Of a stretch of DNA of 64,000 bases, positions 17,372 through 28,079 are shown piece after piece. How positions within the stretch are numbered: position 1 is the stretch's first letter; every line of letters begins with the position of its first letter. Source of the stretch: Calditrichota bacterium (GTDB lineage: Bacteria > Electryoneota > AABM5-125-24 > Hatepunaeales > Hatepunaeaceae); assembly GCA_018644935.1 (NCBI GenBank), contig JABGPL010000002.1:20139-84138 (forward strand), read 5' to 3'. Below the pieces are notes generated by a model. It saw only the letters and a program-made list of their open reading frames with translations. It had not been told where the DNA came from and did no database searches. The position numbers and the translations under genes are program-made.

Positions 17372-19270
17372 TTACTCCTGTGGAACTAAAATCTTGCGAC
17401 CGTAATCGCTTTCACGAAAGATGTCTATTACTTGAAGTGCCAACTCCACTCGCCCGAAAGGCGGCATAATGTAAGCGCCTTGAGCTTTCGGAGCTGATTT
17501 GATTAGAGTTTCGGCCGCTATTTCAACACCTATTTTTGCTGCTTCTTCGCGGTCGGTCACAGGCTTCAATCGATCTCTTATCGGTTGGGGTACTTCCATG
17601 CCAGGTACTTCGTTATGGAAGAACTCGGCGTTTCTAAAACTCGCCAGAGGCAATATCCCGACTAAGATCGGAACCTCCGGAATATCTGCTTTTTCTACAA
17701 AATGGAAGAAGATTTCCTCGTTGAATACTGGTTGTGTCAGAACATAACATGCACCGTTATCGATCTTTCGATGCAAACGGTCTATTTCAAGATCAAGATC
17801 AAGTGCCCCGGGGTTCGCACCACATCCAAGCAGGAGTGCTGTCGCATTTGGTATTGGGTTCCCGGCGAGGTCGAGGCTGTGGTTCAGGTTATCACCAATG
17901 TGAATCAAACCGATAGCGTCAACGTCGAAAACCGCAGTCGCCATTGGATAATCCCCTAATTTGGGGGGATCTCCCGTTATGCATAGAATATTATTGATGC
18001 CCATTACTTCAGCACCAAGTAAATCGGACTGAATGCCGAGAATATTGCGATCGCGACAGGTGTAATGAGGGAGGACGTCCATGCCTGTTTCTGCTTGTAT
18101 AGACTGAGCGAGTACCATTGCAGAAAGTCTTGCTGAAGCACGAGGACCATCGGGAATATTTACAATGCTAACGCCATTTTCCTGAAGTTTTTTTACATTG
18201 CGGATTATCCGCTTTATCGAAGGGCTACGCGGTGGATTCAATTCAACAGAAAAAACAAACTGATTATCATCAAATGACTTTGCAAGCTGTGACATTTCCC
18301 GATAGGGTTTTATAAAGTCAGTTCTAAAATCGCGAGGTTTAATTTTAACAGCAACCGGAATTTTTACTTTTGACAGCTCAGGCGATATCGCCCGAATAGC
18401 CGCTTCCATTGCTGAAATATGCGCTGGAGTCGAACCACAACACGCACCAACAAGTTTAACACCGTTCTGGATGAGACGTTTCGTATATTCAGCGAAATAT
18501 TCTGGAGTCGAACGGGTAATAAGACGGTCTTCAACCCATTCGAGTTCACCAGCGTTGGGCTGGATTATAATCGGATGATCAGTGTTCTCAAGCAATACCT
18601 GTGATGCTTCAAGCAGCTTATATGGACCGATAGAGCAGTTAATGCCGATTACATCTACATCGAGGTCATGAAGTTTTGCTGCAAACAGGGGGAGTGTCGT
18701 TCCATAGGCACTTTCGTTCCACTCTGAGAGTGTAAATTGCGCAATTACTGGGAGATCACAAACTTCGTGAACTGCCTTAACTGCCTGCACCAATTCTCCC
18801 GCAATTGCCATAGTTTCAATGATAATAAGGTCAACTCCACCCTCAACGAGACCTCGAGCCTGCTCGGCGAAGGCTTCTTTGGCATCTTTAATATCCAGGG
18901 TACCGAGTGGCTTGAGTCTTCTGCCGAGAGGTCCGATGCATCCGGCTACGAAAGCATCATGTCCGGATTTTTCCATGGCGCTTCGAGCAATTTTTGCTCC
19001 GGCTTTGTTGATTTGTACAACAGTTTCAGCCAGACCGTGGCTTGAGAGTTTATGCCGATTTGCCCCATAGGTGTTGGTGGAGATTATTTCAGCTCCTGCC
19101 CGGAGGTAATCGGAATGCACCGCTGAGACAATTTCCGGACGGGTGGTATTCAACTCATCGTAGCATTGGTTAGTATAAACACCACGGGAGTATAATTCGG
19201 TTCCCATCGCACCATCAAGTAATAATGGTGCACCTTCCAAGCGTCTTCGAAAGTCTTTTGTGTTTTTCAA
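17372..19270 (-). CDS. yitJ: Bifunctional homocysteine S-methyltransferase / 5,10-methylenetetrahydrofolate reductase
   Basis: DGAMGT, GINC and GACCG in the N-terminal domain; SVELNPP, HYTCRDRN, ITGDPP and TQPVF in the MTHFR domain. Confidence 0.93.
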   Translation of the reverse strand: MKNTKDFRRRLEGAPLLLDGAMGTELYSRGVYTNQCYDELNTTRPEIVSAVHSDYLRAGAEIISTNTYGANRHKLSSHGLAETVVQINKAGAKIARSAMEKSGHDAFVAGCIGPLGRRLKPLGTLDIKDAKEAFAEQARGLVEGGVDLIIIETMAIAGELVQAVKAVHEVCDLPVIAQFTLSEWNESAYGTTLPLFAAKLHDLDVDVIGINCSIGPYKLLEASQVLLENTDHPIIIQPNAGELEWVEDRLITRSTPEYFAEYTKRLIQNGVKLVGACCGSTPAHISAMEAAIRAISPELSKVKIPVAVKIKPRDFRTDFIKPYREMSQLAKSFDDNQFVFSVELNPPRSPSIKRIIRNVKKLQENGVSIVNIPDGPRASARLSAMVLAQSIQAETGMDVLPHYTCRDRNILGIQSDLLGAEVMGINNILCITGDPPKLGDYPMATAVFDVDAIGLIHIGDNLNHSLDLAGNPIPNATALLLGCGANPGALDLDLEIDRLHRKIDNGACYVLTQPVFNEEIFFHFVEKADIPEVPILVGILPLASFRNAEFFHNEVPGMEVPQPIRDRLKPVTDREEAAKIGVEIAAETLIKSAPKAQGAYIMPPFGRVELALQVIDIFRESDYGRKILVPQE

Positions 19271-19409
19271 GAAACTGTTGTTCCTTTCATTAATTCAATA
19301 AATCTGATTAATTGTAACCCTCAGACATCCTGTTTCTACTAAAGATATTACGAAAAGCGATTAGTTCGGGTTGACAGTTTTGTAAATATAAATAAAGTTA
19401 ATGGAAAAA

Positions 19410-19436
19410 TAAAGGCACGAGTTTATCGTGCCTTTA
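19410..19436 (-). terminator. Rho-independent terminator of the PorV operon
   Basis: TAAAGGCACGA-GTTTA-TCGTGCCTTTA hairpin followed on the minus strand by a T run. Confidence 0.7.
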
Positions 19437-19466
19437 GAAAGAGATTTAACAGGTAGTGATTAGATG

Positions 19467-20363
19467 TTAAATTTTCATCCCCAATCCAACCCGCCAGGTA
19501 GTGCCAAGGTCATTTTCAAAGGGCGTAATCGCGAAATCCGCGTTAAACTGATTAAAAATAAATCCCAATCCACCGCTAAAATTTCGGCTGTCGTGACCTG
19601 CCATGTAGCCAGCTCGGGCGTATATTCGATCTGACCAGTTACTTTCCAATCCGAAATGATAATACTTATGTTCTTCTCTCTCAGCTATCCCATCAATTGC
19701 AAAGATTAAATTGACAGGTCCTACCTGGTAATCTTTAGACATTCCGAGTCGATAGGTTGTCGGATAAGCGTCATCTCCGGGACTTTCAAAACCAGCATTA
19801 GCTATAGAGAAACCAAAGTTAAAGTCATCGGTTTTAAGGAGAACTCCTAAATCGAGAATGTTCCAGACATCCAGACGGTCACCGAATATATCTTCGTATC
19901 CGCCTTTGTAAACAACTCCAAAAGATAGTTTTTCCGCAGGATGGTAAGCAATTCCCGCGCCGAGTACTACCTGCCTGAGTGTGAATTCTCCCTGTGGATC
20001 ACCGGGACGGTCGCGGACCTCAAATCCCTCTATTCCGTGATTAACGTAATAAGCGGCAACACCTCCCCAATCTGTCTGTAGATGTGCTCCACCGAAGCTA
20101 CCACTGCCATCTTCTATCCACTTAAATCCCTGAAACCAGAAGCCGGTATGACTCTGACCTATGTGAGCTGGATTCCACCAGGCAGCAGAGGCATCACGAG
20201 CATGGCTGACGCCGGTTTCACCCATTGCGATTTCACGTGTGCCGTTTGGAATAGACATAAAAGCCCAGCCTGTTGCAGCATTAGAATATGTGCTGCTAAG
20301 TCCCATCAGCAATGTGCAAATTATAAGAACTCTGATCGAATTCATAGTTTCCTCAAAATCCAA
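19467..20363 (-). CDS. PorV/PorQ-family outer-membrane beta-barrel
   Basis: FMSIPNGTREIAMG...AAWWNPA and C-terminal DFAITPF..LGTTWRVGL. The start may be the downstream ATG (MNSIRV). Confidence 0.8.
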   Translation of the reverse strand: MDFEETMNSIRVLIICTLLMGLSSTYSNAATGWAFMSIPNGTREIAMGETGVSHARDASAAWWNPAHIGQSHTGFWFQGFKWIEDGSGSFGGAHLQTDWGGVAAYYVNHGIEGFEVRDRPGDPQGEFTLRQVVLGAGIAYHPAEKLSFGVVYKGGYEDIFGDRLDVWNILDLGVLLKTDDFNFGFSIANAGFESPGDDAYPTTYRLGMSKDYQVGPVNLIFAIDGIAEREEHKYYHFGLESNWSDRIYARAGYMAGHDSRNFSGGLGFIFNQFNADFAITPFENDLGTTWRVGLGMKI

Positions 20364-21405
20364 AAATCCAGGTTAAAATATGTACGCCGTCAGCAGATTC
20401 ATTTTCAAGCAGAAATGCATAATCCAGCGCGACGTTAACATGCCGAACCATCAGGTCGAGACCAAATCCAAAGGTAGGAGCGAATCCCTGATAACCCGCC
20501 CTGAATGCCATCTTATTGTCGTTGAAGTAGGGACGGCGATACTCGACTCCGAACAGGGGTTGAAATGCATCATCATCATCTCCTATTATTTGAGGATATG
20601 TCACAATGTCTGATGCGATTGTTAAATCCTGTATGGGGTCCCACGCTGCACCTATCCTGATCTGGGTTGGAAGAGTATCTTCTTTTTCTCCGGTATCATC
20701 ACCCCAGACATCACTAGTTTCCCAGGTTATTTTGCTTCCGAGATCTCGTATTTGAAGACCAAACCTGAGATTACTCAGCGGCACAACCTGCATGCCCAGA
20801 TCGACACCCAAACCATTGGAGAAGAGTGTTTTATCATCTTCTTTGACTTTCGGAACTGCGTTCATCATCCACTTTATCGAAACACCTATAGAGACAATAT
20901 CATATGGCATCAGCGAGAATGTACCATGAAAAAGATTGTCTGACCAGGTGAAAGTTTCGTACAGCTCACCATTGGAATCGCGTCCTTCGATATCTCCTGT
21001 TCCTGCACGCAGTATTCCGAAAGCAAGTCCTGCTTTAGTTTGACGGACATCATGTTTAGCTCGCAATTTTCTCATTTCCGGCTGAAGCGGCATCGAGATT
21101 CCTGCATACATCAGGCTTCGATCAATCGATAACTTCCGGTAGCTCAAGGTTGCCGTTTTCGAGGTTTGGTAAGGTACTGCTGCCGGGTTGTAGTACCAGT
21201 TTGCTCCGCTCGATGCCATTGCAACACCAACTCCTCCCATGGCAACCCGGTCTGCTCCAAGCCCCATTCTTAGGAAATAACCAGCCTGACTGCCCAATTG
21301 CTTTGCGTTTAGGTTCGGACTGAGCAGGAAAATCCCAATTAACAGAAGTAAAACAAAGCGTAAGGTTTTATTTATTAAAAGCATTCTATCCTCTTTTTGA
21401 TGCAA
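20353..21405 (-). CDS. PorV/PorQ-family outer-membrane beta-barrel
   Basis: AGYFLRMGLGADRVAMG...YYNPA, LDYAF and terminal Phe. Confidence 0.8.
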   Translation of the reverse strand: MHQKEDRMLLINKTLRFVLLLLIGIFLLSPNLNAKQLGSQAGYFLRMGLGADRVAMGGVGVAMASSGANWYYNPAAVPYQTSKTATLSYRKLSIDRSLMYAGISMPLQPEMRKLRAKHDVRQTKAGLAFGILRAGTGDIEGRDSNGELYETFTWSDNLFHGTFSLMPYDIVSIGVSIKWMMNAVPKVKEDDKTLFSNGLGVDLGMQVVPLSNLRFGLQIRDLGSKITWETSDVWGDDTGEKEDTLPTQIRIGAAWDPIQDLTIASDIVTYPQIIGDDDDAFQPLFGVEYRRPYFNDNKMAFRAGYQGFAPTFGFGLDLMVRHVNVALDYAFLLENESADGVHILTWIFGF

Positions 21406-21423
21406 TTCCAGGAATTGCCAATA

Positions 21424-21493
21424 GTGGTGTCAGTCGTCCTCGTCTGACCCTTCATGCATAGTTCGGATTGTCAGGTAGGACACATGACAATAC
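21424..21493. repeat. REP doublet, GTGGTGTCAG family
   Basis: GTGGTGTCAGTCGTCCTCGTCTGAC (21424-21448) and an inverted degenerate copy (21469-21493). Confidence 0.6.
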
Positions 21494-21504
21494 TAAATTG
21501 GGGT

Positions 21505-23052
21505 TTAATCAAGAACCATAACTTTTCCCCACCAGGTATTACTGCCTACCTTTACCCGATAGAAATAAACACCGTTTGCAACAAGATCTCCATCACTGTC
21601 CCTGCCATCCCATTGAATTGCGCCATATCCGGACATCTCATTCGTTCCTCCACCGGGGAGTAACATTGAACCTGAGCTGTAAACAGATTCCATATTGAAG
21701 TTCATTATTTTCAGTTCGGCACTTATAGAAGATGAAGCTGGAACCTGAAACCGGGTTAATTGCCCTCTTTTCGGAGAGAACGGGCTTGGATATGCATATG
21801 TGTTCGGAGTGCCGTCGACTCCAGCTGGTTTAAATGACCGATGTATGCGCCATGAAAATGTACCGGTGTCATGGTTGAATCTACCTTCAGCAAGTCCAGC
21901 GTTTGTGCCGACCCAGATGGCATCGCTGGTTTCTTCCCACACAGCCGAGAAGAAATCGACGTTTCTGAAGTTTTCACCAGTTGTCGGATCATAAATTTCA
22001 TCCAGTGGTGCCCACGTATGACCGAGATCCTGACTGAACCAAAGAGCTCCATCTGCGGCTGCATATACCGTGCTGTCTCCACCAAAACCGATGTTGTGAA
22101 CGTGCAATGGCCCATATCTGTCAATCAGATATTCACCGGGCTGTAGTTCGGTCGAGTCCGACAATGCAATTCGCCATGAAGCACCATCGTTTTCCGACAC
22201 AGATAGACCGTAGTATTCTTTTGGATCATTTGCCTTCCACGTAGCTGCCCAGATGTTGAAGTGATCTGGAATCGTCGGAGATTTTTGTGCTGCAAGTGCG
22301 GTAACAAAGTTACCGGAGATGTGTCCGGGATCTTCATGAAATGCGAAAGCTTCCCAGTTCAATCCTTCGTCAATTGACCGGCTTATACCACCCGCAGTTC
22401 CAACCCAGAGTGCGTCTTTGACATAAATAACACTGAAGCCTCTATGGTTCAGATTATGTAATGCTGTGAATGACTGGCCGTCGACTGTCACCAACTCCCA
22501 CTCTTCGCTTCCGTATCTGAGTCTGCGCAATCCCCCGCCCCAGCTTGTTATCCAGACCGATTCCTGTGAAAGTGCAATATCGTATGTTACATTCTGGACA
22601 TTAGTTGTTGTGGGAGCATAATCTTCAGTGTCTACTGGATCTACTGGCTGTGGGAGCCATATCCAATCTTCCCCTCCATTTCGGGAGTATCCAACCCCGC
22701 CACCGGCAGGCAACGTTCCCGCACTTGTTTTTTCGCTGAATGCAGTTGCTGCCCAGATAATTGAATCGCTGACGGTTAATGCTGAAATCCCACCGGTACC
22801 AATCGCATCGCCGCTTCTGATGTTAAACCAGCCCTGACCACCCAAGTAGTATTGAGCAATCCCGCGACTTGTTCCCATCCATAATGTTCCATCATCTGGA
22901 AGGATGTCAATTATTGAGTTTGATGGCAGTCTTCCCTCCGGATCTGGAGATGAGTCAAGTTCGAAATATCCGGGGAGCACCGCTGCATTTGAAATGCCAA
23001 ACAGGAGCAGCACTGCTACGAGGGAAAGTTTATTAAATGATTTCTGTTTCAA
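21505..23052 (-). CDS. Secreted beta-propeller (Asp-box/BNR repeats) with FlgD-Ig/T9SS-like C-terminal domain; PorZ-like architecture
   Basis: Signal peptide; Asp boxes SRNGGEDW, SIDEGLNW, SENDGASW and SQDLGHTW; C-terminal AYPSPFSP...WDGRDSDGDLVANGVYFYRV. Confidence 0.75.
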   Translation of the reverse strand: MKQKSFNKLSLVAVLLLFGISNAAVLPGYFELDSSPDPEGRLPSNSIIDILPDDGTLWMGTSRGIAQYYLGGQGWFNIRSGDAIGTGGISALTVSDSIIWAATAFSEKTSAGTLPAGGGVGYSRNGGEDWIWLPQPVDPVDTEDYAPTTTNVQNVTYDIALSQESVWITSWGGGLRRLRYGSEEWELVTVDGQSFTALHNLNHRGFSVIYVKDALWVGTAGGISRSIDEGLNWEAFAFHEDPGHISGNFVTALAAQKSPTIPDHFNIWAATWKANDPKEYYGLSVSENDGASWRIALSDSTELQPGEYLIDRYGPLHVHNIGFGGDSTVYAAADGALWFSQDLGHTWAPLDEIYDPTTGENFRNVDFFSAVWEETSDAIWVGTNAGLAEGRFNHDTGTFSWRIHRSFKPAGVDGTPNTYAYPSPFSPKRGQLTRFQVPASSSISAELKIMNFNMESVYSSGSMLLPGGGTNEMSGYGAIQWDGRDSDGDLVANGVYFYRVKVGSNTWWGKVMVLD

Positions 23053-23061
23053 AGCTGTTCT

Positions 23062-24594
23062 CTATTTTTGGAAATAGCCCTTATTAATCGATGAAAATGG
23101 AATATATCCAGAGGGGTCATCCGGATTATTCTTCCGATTTATAAATTGTTCATCATCATATGCAAAGACCAGATCCGTTGAAAGCGTTTCGCCACTATTA
23201 CCGGCTCGGTCTGAGGGTGTCCAATTGAATGTAAAAGTCACGTCTGTAGGATTAGTTCTGTTCGCACTGAAACCCGCTCTATAAAATCCATCCCCTGCTG
23301 TAGAATCTATGTCTACACCATCGTCGAAATAGAAACTCTGCCAGGGATCTCTACCTTCTCGTGGCAGGAAAACGAAAAGTGAATCAAAGTCATTAACACC
23401 TTGGTCATCCCTGACCTCAATATCAAAGTGAAAGAAAACTGTTGTTGTGTCTTCTCGAGGAATCCAAACGGTGTCTGGTCCACTGAAATTTACAATCTCC
23501 GGAGGCAGGTTCTCAAATTGGCATGCAATTCGGTCACTGTAAACCCACTGCGGAACTTGACCCTGAGACAGTACATTATCCATCGTTCTGTATACTACCT
23601 GATATGGACGATCGTGAATCCCTACAGCCATTTCCGGGAATGAAACAATAGTCCATGTTGAGTCATCCATCCTTTCCATAGGGTATGACCTGAATCCTGA
23701 AATTTCCAGTTCAGGTTCTGTCAGTACAAGTTCAGTTCGGTTGACATCGGAGAATCCATCGGGATCACCGATAATTGCAGTGAATGTATCACTGTTACTG
23801 CCACTTGCAACAAACGGTGGCGTCTCGTGGCGAATTACAGCAGGAGGAGAATTTTCACTCACTGAAACTTTGACATGCAGGGAATCAGGTGGGGGACCAG
23901 TCGTAAATACAAAAGACAAGTTATAATCACCTCTGCGTGGAGCAAATTTGGAATTGATTCGCCTGGAAAAAATACCATCTCCAGGAATGATGTCGCCGCT
24001 CTTTGAGTCTGCCCAGCCATCCGAATCATTCCAGGTTCCCAACCCACCGTCATCGTAGAGCCTGAAATGAGTATTACTTCCTGATTCGCCTTTAATAAAG
24101 CAGATCATAGTTTTATCGGCTGAAAGATCTCGAGGTATTACTTGAATTTCGATCTGACGGTGTTCTTCAGATTCAAAAACCCATAAAAGATCGAGTGTTT
24201 TCGCGGAAATGCCTGTTGCTAAACCGACAACCTGAGTGGTGGGTTCACAACCGGAAACTAAAATGGATAGTATAAACACAATCGATAATAACGCGGATGC
24301 GCCTGCCCAAGGCGGCTGGTGCGATTGATTAAATAATCGATTGTGAAAAGATTGTAGTATTTTCACAATAGTGATCTTGTTGTATTTGAACAAATTGTAG
24401 AAGGTCATTGTTTTAACCAATATGACCTTTGAAATGTTCCGGAATTGCGTGGATTTGAGTTTCACAGACATTCCTGACTCGTTAGCGTTTAAAAGTCTAA
24501 TAATAACGGCATATTCAACTGCCGACCGAAAGAAAGCTTTTCGGTATGTTTTTGATAAAGTAAAAACTCTAACGAACTTGCCCGTTAACCTCAA
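23062..24594 (-). CDS. Probable lipoprotein with two choice-of-anchor X-like (DDG...GDG) motifs; true start likely well downstream of 24594
   Basis: Lipobox ILVSGC about 115 aa into the track ORF; LYDDG...GDIIPGDGIFS and FDDG...AGDGFY. Confidence 0.6.
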   Translation of the reverse strand: MRLTGKFVRVFTLSKTYRKAFFRSAVEYAVIIRLLNANESGMSVKLKSTQFRNISKVILVKTMTFYNLFKYNKITIVKILQSFHNRLFNQSHQPPWAGASALLSIVFILSILVSGCEPTTQVVGLATGISAKTLDLLWVFESEEHRQIEIQVIPRDLSADKTMICFIKGESGSNTHFRLYDDGGLGTWNDSDGWADSKSGDIIPGDGIFSRRINSKFAPRRGDYNLSFVFTTGPPPDSLHVKVSVSENSPPAVIRHETPPFVASGSNSDTFTAIIGDPDGFSDVNRTELVLTEPELEISGFRSYPMERMDDSTWTIVSFPEMAVGIHDRPYQVVYRTMDNVLSQGQVPQWVYSDRIACQFENLPPEIVNFSGPDTVWIPREDTTTVFFHFDIEVRDDQGVNDFDSLFVFLPREGRDPWQSFYFDDGVDIDSTAGDGFYRAGFSANRTNPTDVTFTFNWTPSDRAGNSGETLSTDLVFAYDDEQFINRKNNPDDPSGYIPFSSINKGYFQK

Positions 24595-24659
24595 GATAAG
24601 GGATTGAAGAAATGCGTAATCCTAAAGATAAAGAAAATTTACTTTAAAAACAAGATATT

Positions 24660-25370
24660 TCAGATGTTCTTCATTAAATTCATATCAACTTCAATAATCT
24701 GTTGATAAAGCACTTGAAACTTTCCATGCTCAAAATCCTCATGAAAATGAGCACCGAACCACTTTTCATATGAACAGCGATCATTTACAATATCCAGAAA
24801 AATAGATGTTGGGTCGTTAGTTTTTTCAAACCACTTCATAAAAGATGAAACCACTTTTTTGGGCAAAGTATGGGTTAAAATGTAATCCACTTTATTGTCG
24901 AATTTTTCCAGATTTTGAAACGCATGCTCCATTTCCTCAGGAGATGGAATCTCGCTTTCCCACCATGATATTCCTGGCTTCCGTGCGAATTTATCTATCG
25001 AATCAGCACCTCCCATAACAAAAATATCTCTATTACCCATTCGGTAAATCTCACCGCGCTTCAGATGCCAGATATTCTCACTTACCTGTCCGGCCATTCC
25101 TCCCTGAAAACTTACTTCAGGCATCTCTGATAATCTTGAGTGATTCTCATGGTTTCCATCTATGAAGGCGACACGACAATTTATCTCATCGAATAGCTTT
25201 ATCCAATATCGCTCTGTATTATTGGGTTCATTGCTCCAGATAAAACCGAAGTCACCGAGTATGATAAGAAGATCTTCTTTATTCAGTTTGTTTTGTTCAG
25301 GCCAATTCTTCTCAGAGAGTTTCTCAGCTGAAAGACCACCATGAGTATCACCTGTTAGAAAAAGTCTCAT
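24660..25370 (-). CDS. Calcineurin-like metallophosphoesterase
   Basis: GDTHG, GDFG, DGNHEN, LTHT and AHFH motifs. Confidence 0.9.
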   Translation of the reverse strand: MRLFLTGDTHGGLSAEKLSEKNWPEQNKLNKEDLLIILGDFGFIWSNEPNNTERYWIKLFDEINCRVAFIDGNHENHSRLSEMPEVSFQGGMAGQVSENIWHLKRGEIYRMGNRDIFVMGGADSIDKFARKPGISWWESEIPSPEEMEHAFQNLEKFDNKVDYILTHTLPKKVVSSFMKWFEKTNDPTSIFLDIVNDRCSYEKWFGAHFHEDFEHGKFQVLYQQIIEVDMNLMKNI

Positions 25371-26965
25371 TGGATATTTGCGTCAGAAGAAAGATTTATC
25401 TTTATTTTTAGGCTATCTTCGACTTGCATCTTAAAATCAATGTACAGGCTGGTTTCAACCTTTACCGTTTCAAAGTCGATTATATTATTGCCGGCAAGAA
25501 TATTTAAAACATTTGATCCGGATGGCAATAGAATATGGAATTCAACCAAACAGTTTTTGGAATAAACTTCAACTGAAATGAATTCATCTTGCATTTGATA
25601 GATATATTTGAGCCAACTTTCAGATGCTGCGTACTCAACTCGAACCTCAGCATTTTTTACACCAGCAGCAGACCATCTTGGCGAAAGGTGTACTTTGCTG
25701 AAGGTCGAGTTTTTGTCGACAACACCAGCCAGTCCTTCCATCAAAGCATATAGCATCGCACTCGATCCCCAGCCGTCGGTTGGTTCGGCTTCGGGACTGG
25801 TGCTGGTTTCGACACTGGCTGCTGTGCCGTCCGGGAAATACCATAGATAGGTTTCGTCGTGCTCTGAGATTATTTTATAATATCTTCCGAGAATGTCGAC
25901 ACCATAGGCTTCAAAGCCATGCTCGAAGGCAGCTCTGGCAAGTTCACCTCCGACAAGGGGCATAATGCCACCATTTGCATAGGCTCCCTCAACGAGGAGT
26001 TCCTCACCGAAGAAACCTGCCGGAAATGGTGGTTCTATTGAAAACCATTCGGCAAAGGCATCCGTTGTATCCCGGCGCTTCTGATATTCCTTAAGGATTG
26101 AAACTGCCATCTCGTGTGATGTTACCCCTCGGTTAATGTCCATTGGGTTGCTGAGACTGAGCTGGTTGTTCTCGTCAACTTCAGGAAGATCAAGCGGGGT
26201 TAATTTCAAGAAATGTCTGTAGAAAGTACCGTTCCAGCAGAATTTGTTCATATTTGTTTTAAGCTCTTCTGCTCTATGGTGCCACTCCTGTGCTTTTTCA
26301 GGAAAGTCAGCGAGTTCGTTTAAATCACCGACAATATGGAACGCTTCATAATAACCGCTGTTATCACCGTGCATTATTCCCCAGAACGTATCCTCGTCTA
26401 TCTGGAATTGCAGCCAGTCATGCTTTCCGGCCGAATAAGCAAAATCCCAAGTGTCTATGGTATACGCGCGTTTGACAAGACCGTGTTCCGCATCCCACCG
26501 GTGGGGATGACTCAGTATGTAGTTGAGGGCTTTTTCCAACTTAGGCAACAGGTTAATGAACCATTCATCATCACCAGTTGCCTGCCAGGTGGTGTGTGCA
26601 GCTTTTACAAACCGGAATTCAACATCGGCTTCAACAGGAACGCGAACATATTTAGTCCAGTTTTCGCGTTCACTCGGTAGTTTTTCAGGAAAGGTCGTGA
26701 AGTAGTCAAAGACACGTCCCGAGTCAGATTGATTCTCCGCGAAATGGTCAACGACGCTCTTGAGATCCGACTCAAAATACTTGATGCCACGCATCATATC
26801 CGAGTAATCCCTAATCCAGATTGATTTAGCATCGGGAGGTCGGTAACCACGGATTTTCTGTCCTTCGATGTTTACCTCAAGCAAGTCTTTCTCAAGAAAG
26901 GACTTTACTTTTGGGTAGAAGTTGTCAAAGATGGGGGAGCCGGTTTTTATGTAAACGTTGTTCAA
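25367..26965 (-). CDS. Six-hairpin (alpha/alpha)6 glycoside hydrolase-like protein
   Basis: WIRD, WQATGDDEW...LEKALNY, YANGGIMPLVGG and LMEGLAGV motifs of GH78/GH65-like barrels; no signal peptide. Confidence 0.65.
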   Translation of the reverse strand: MNNVYIKTGSPIFDNFYPKVKSFLEKDLLEVNIEGQKIRGYRPPDAKSIWIRDYSDMMRGIKYFESDLKSVVDHFAENQSDSGRVFDYFTTFPEKLPSERENWTKYVRVPVEADVEFRFVKAAHTTWQATGDDEWFINLLPKLEKALNYILSHPHRWDAEHGLVKRAYTIDTWDFAYSAGKHDWLQFQIDEDTFWGIMHGDNSGYYEAFHIVGDLNELADFPEKAQEWHHRAEELKTNMNKFCWNGTFYRHFLKLTPLDLPEVDENNQLSLSNPMDINRGVTSHEMAVSILKEYQKRRDTTDAFAEWFSIEPPFPAGFFGEELLVEGAYANGGIMPLVGGELARAAFEHGFEAYGVDILGRYYKIISEHDETYLWYFPDGTAASVETSTSPEAEPTDGWGSSAMLYALMEGLAGVVDKNSTFSKVHLSPRWSAAGVKNAEVRVEYAASESWLKYIYQMQDEFISVEVYSKNCLVEFHILLPSGSNVLNILAGNNIIDFETVKVETSLYIDFKMQVEDSLKIKINLSSDANIQ

Positions 26966-27270
26966 GGATACCTCTAATGGGAAAACTTGTCAATTGTCGA
27001 AAAGTCCAATACCCAAGATAAACGCTAGTTATTGATATTTCCACCTTCAAAGAAACCGTTAGCGGGAGTTTCCGATGCGGGTGTGTAATTTTTTGAGGGA
27101 CAAAGCTGATGTTTAGATTGTGTTCTGAGGATGTGTATCTATCAGCTATATTTTGTTTAATTAGTATTATATTATATGTACATATGAAAAAGCCGCTCTA
27201 TTTGAAATCTTCAAACAAGTGTCGTCGGACCAGATACAATTCATTTACTAATATTTCTGAGTTTAAGTTT

Positions 27271-28005
27271 ATGGACAAATACAAGACGTTAAGCGAAAAT
27301 GATATCGAAGTGCGATATCATGGACAGGACGGAACATTTGCAGAGGAAACACTTTACACTGTATGGGAAGCAAGGACTTTTCTCAAAGACTATTTTGACA
27401 TAAAAGAACAATTTCCCAAAATTAGAGTGGTTCTGACTCCGAATCGAGATGAATTTGATCGGCTTGTAAAGGATTGGCTCCATGTTGAAATCGAGAGACC
27501 TTCTCACCCTTCAAGGATGGCGCAGCCTCAAAGGACCGATTTGGTTGTTCTATCCCCATCAGCATATGATAAGTATTCCACTTTTGAGTATGTGAGTGAC
27601 GAATACCGCCGGATTCTCTTCCACGAAATGACCCATATTTTTGAAGAGTATCTCTCACCGGATATTGAGGCATCTCAGAGGTGGTGGGGGGAAGGACTTG
27701 CTGTTTTCTTGTCGGGGCACTGGAAATTCGATGATCAATACAATTTCAGAAAACCCGTTCTCGATGGAATCCGGGAGAACGATATCCCGAACATCAAGGA
27801 TATTCAATCGAATGTAACAAAAAGCTATGATTGGGGATGGACTATTGTCAGATTTATTGAAATTACATATGGCAGGGAAATTATTGTGAAAATTGTTAGG
27901 GAATGTAGTGATGGTAATGTTTTTGCAGAGTTGGGTGAGAATATTGGCAGATTCGAGAAGAACTGGAAAAAATGGCTCCTTGAAGAAGGTGATTCAATAA
28001 GTTAA
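27271..28005 (+). CDS. Peptidase MA-like zinc metalloprotein
   Basis: HEMTH followed by WWGEGLA (gluzincin pattern). The ATG at 27271 is more plausible than the AT-rich extension from 27109. Confidence 0.7.
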   Translation: MDKYKTLSENDIEVRYHGQDGTFAEETLYTVWEARTFLKDYFDIKEQFPKIRVVLTPNRDEFDRLVKDWLHVEIERPSHPSRMAQPQRTDLVVLSPSAYDKYSTFEYVSDEYRRILFHEMTHIFEEYLSPDIEASQRWWGEGLAVFLSGHWKFDDQYNFRKPVLDGIRENDIPNIKDIQSNVTKSYDWGWTIVRFIEITYGREIIVKIVRECSDGNVFAELGENIGRFEKNWKKWLLEEGDSIS

Positions 28006-28079
28006 TTGAATATTCATTAGATTGTGAAACTTCTTGGAAGGCTTGATAGTTCATCTAAAGATGACTTAATTAAATTACA

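Noticed and set aside
19271..19409. SAM or cobalamin riboswitch upstream of yitJ-metH
   Set aside because: The leader is short and AT-rich, with no recognisable S-box or B12-box core by eye; an Rfam scan would settle it.
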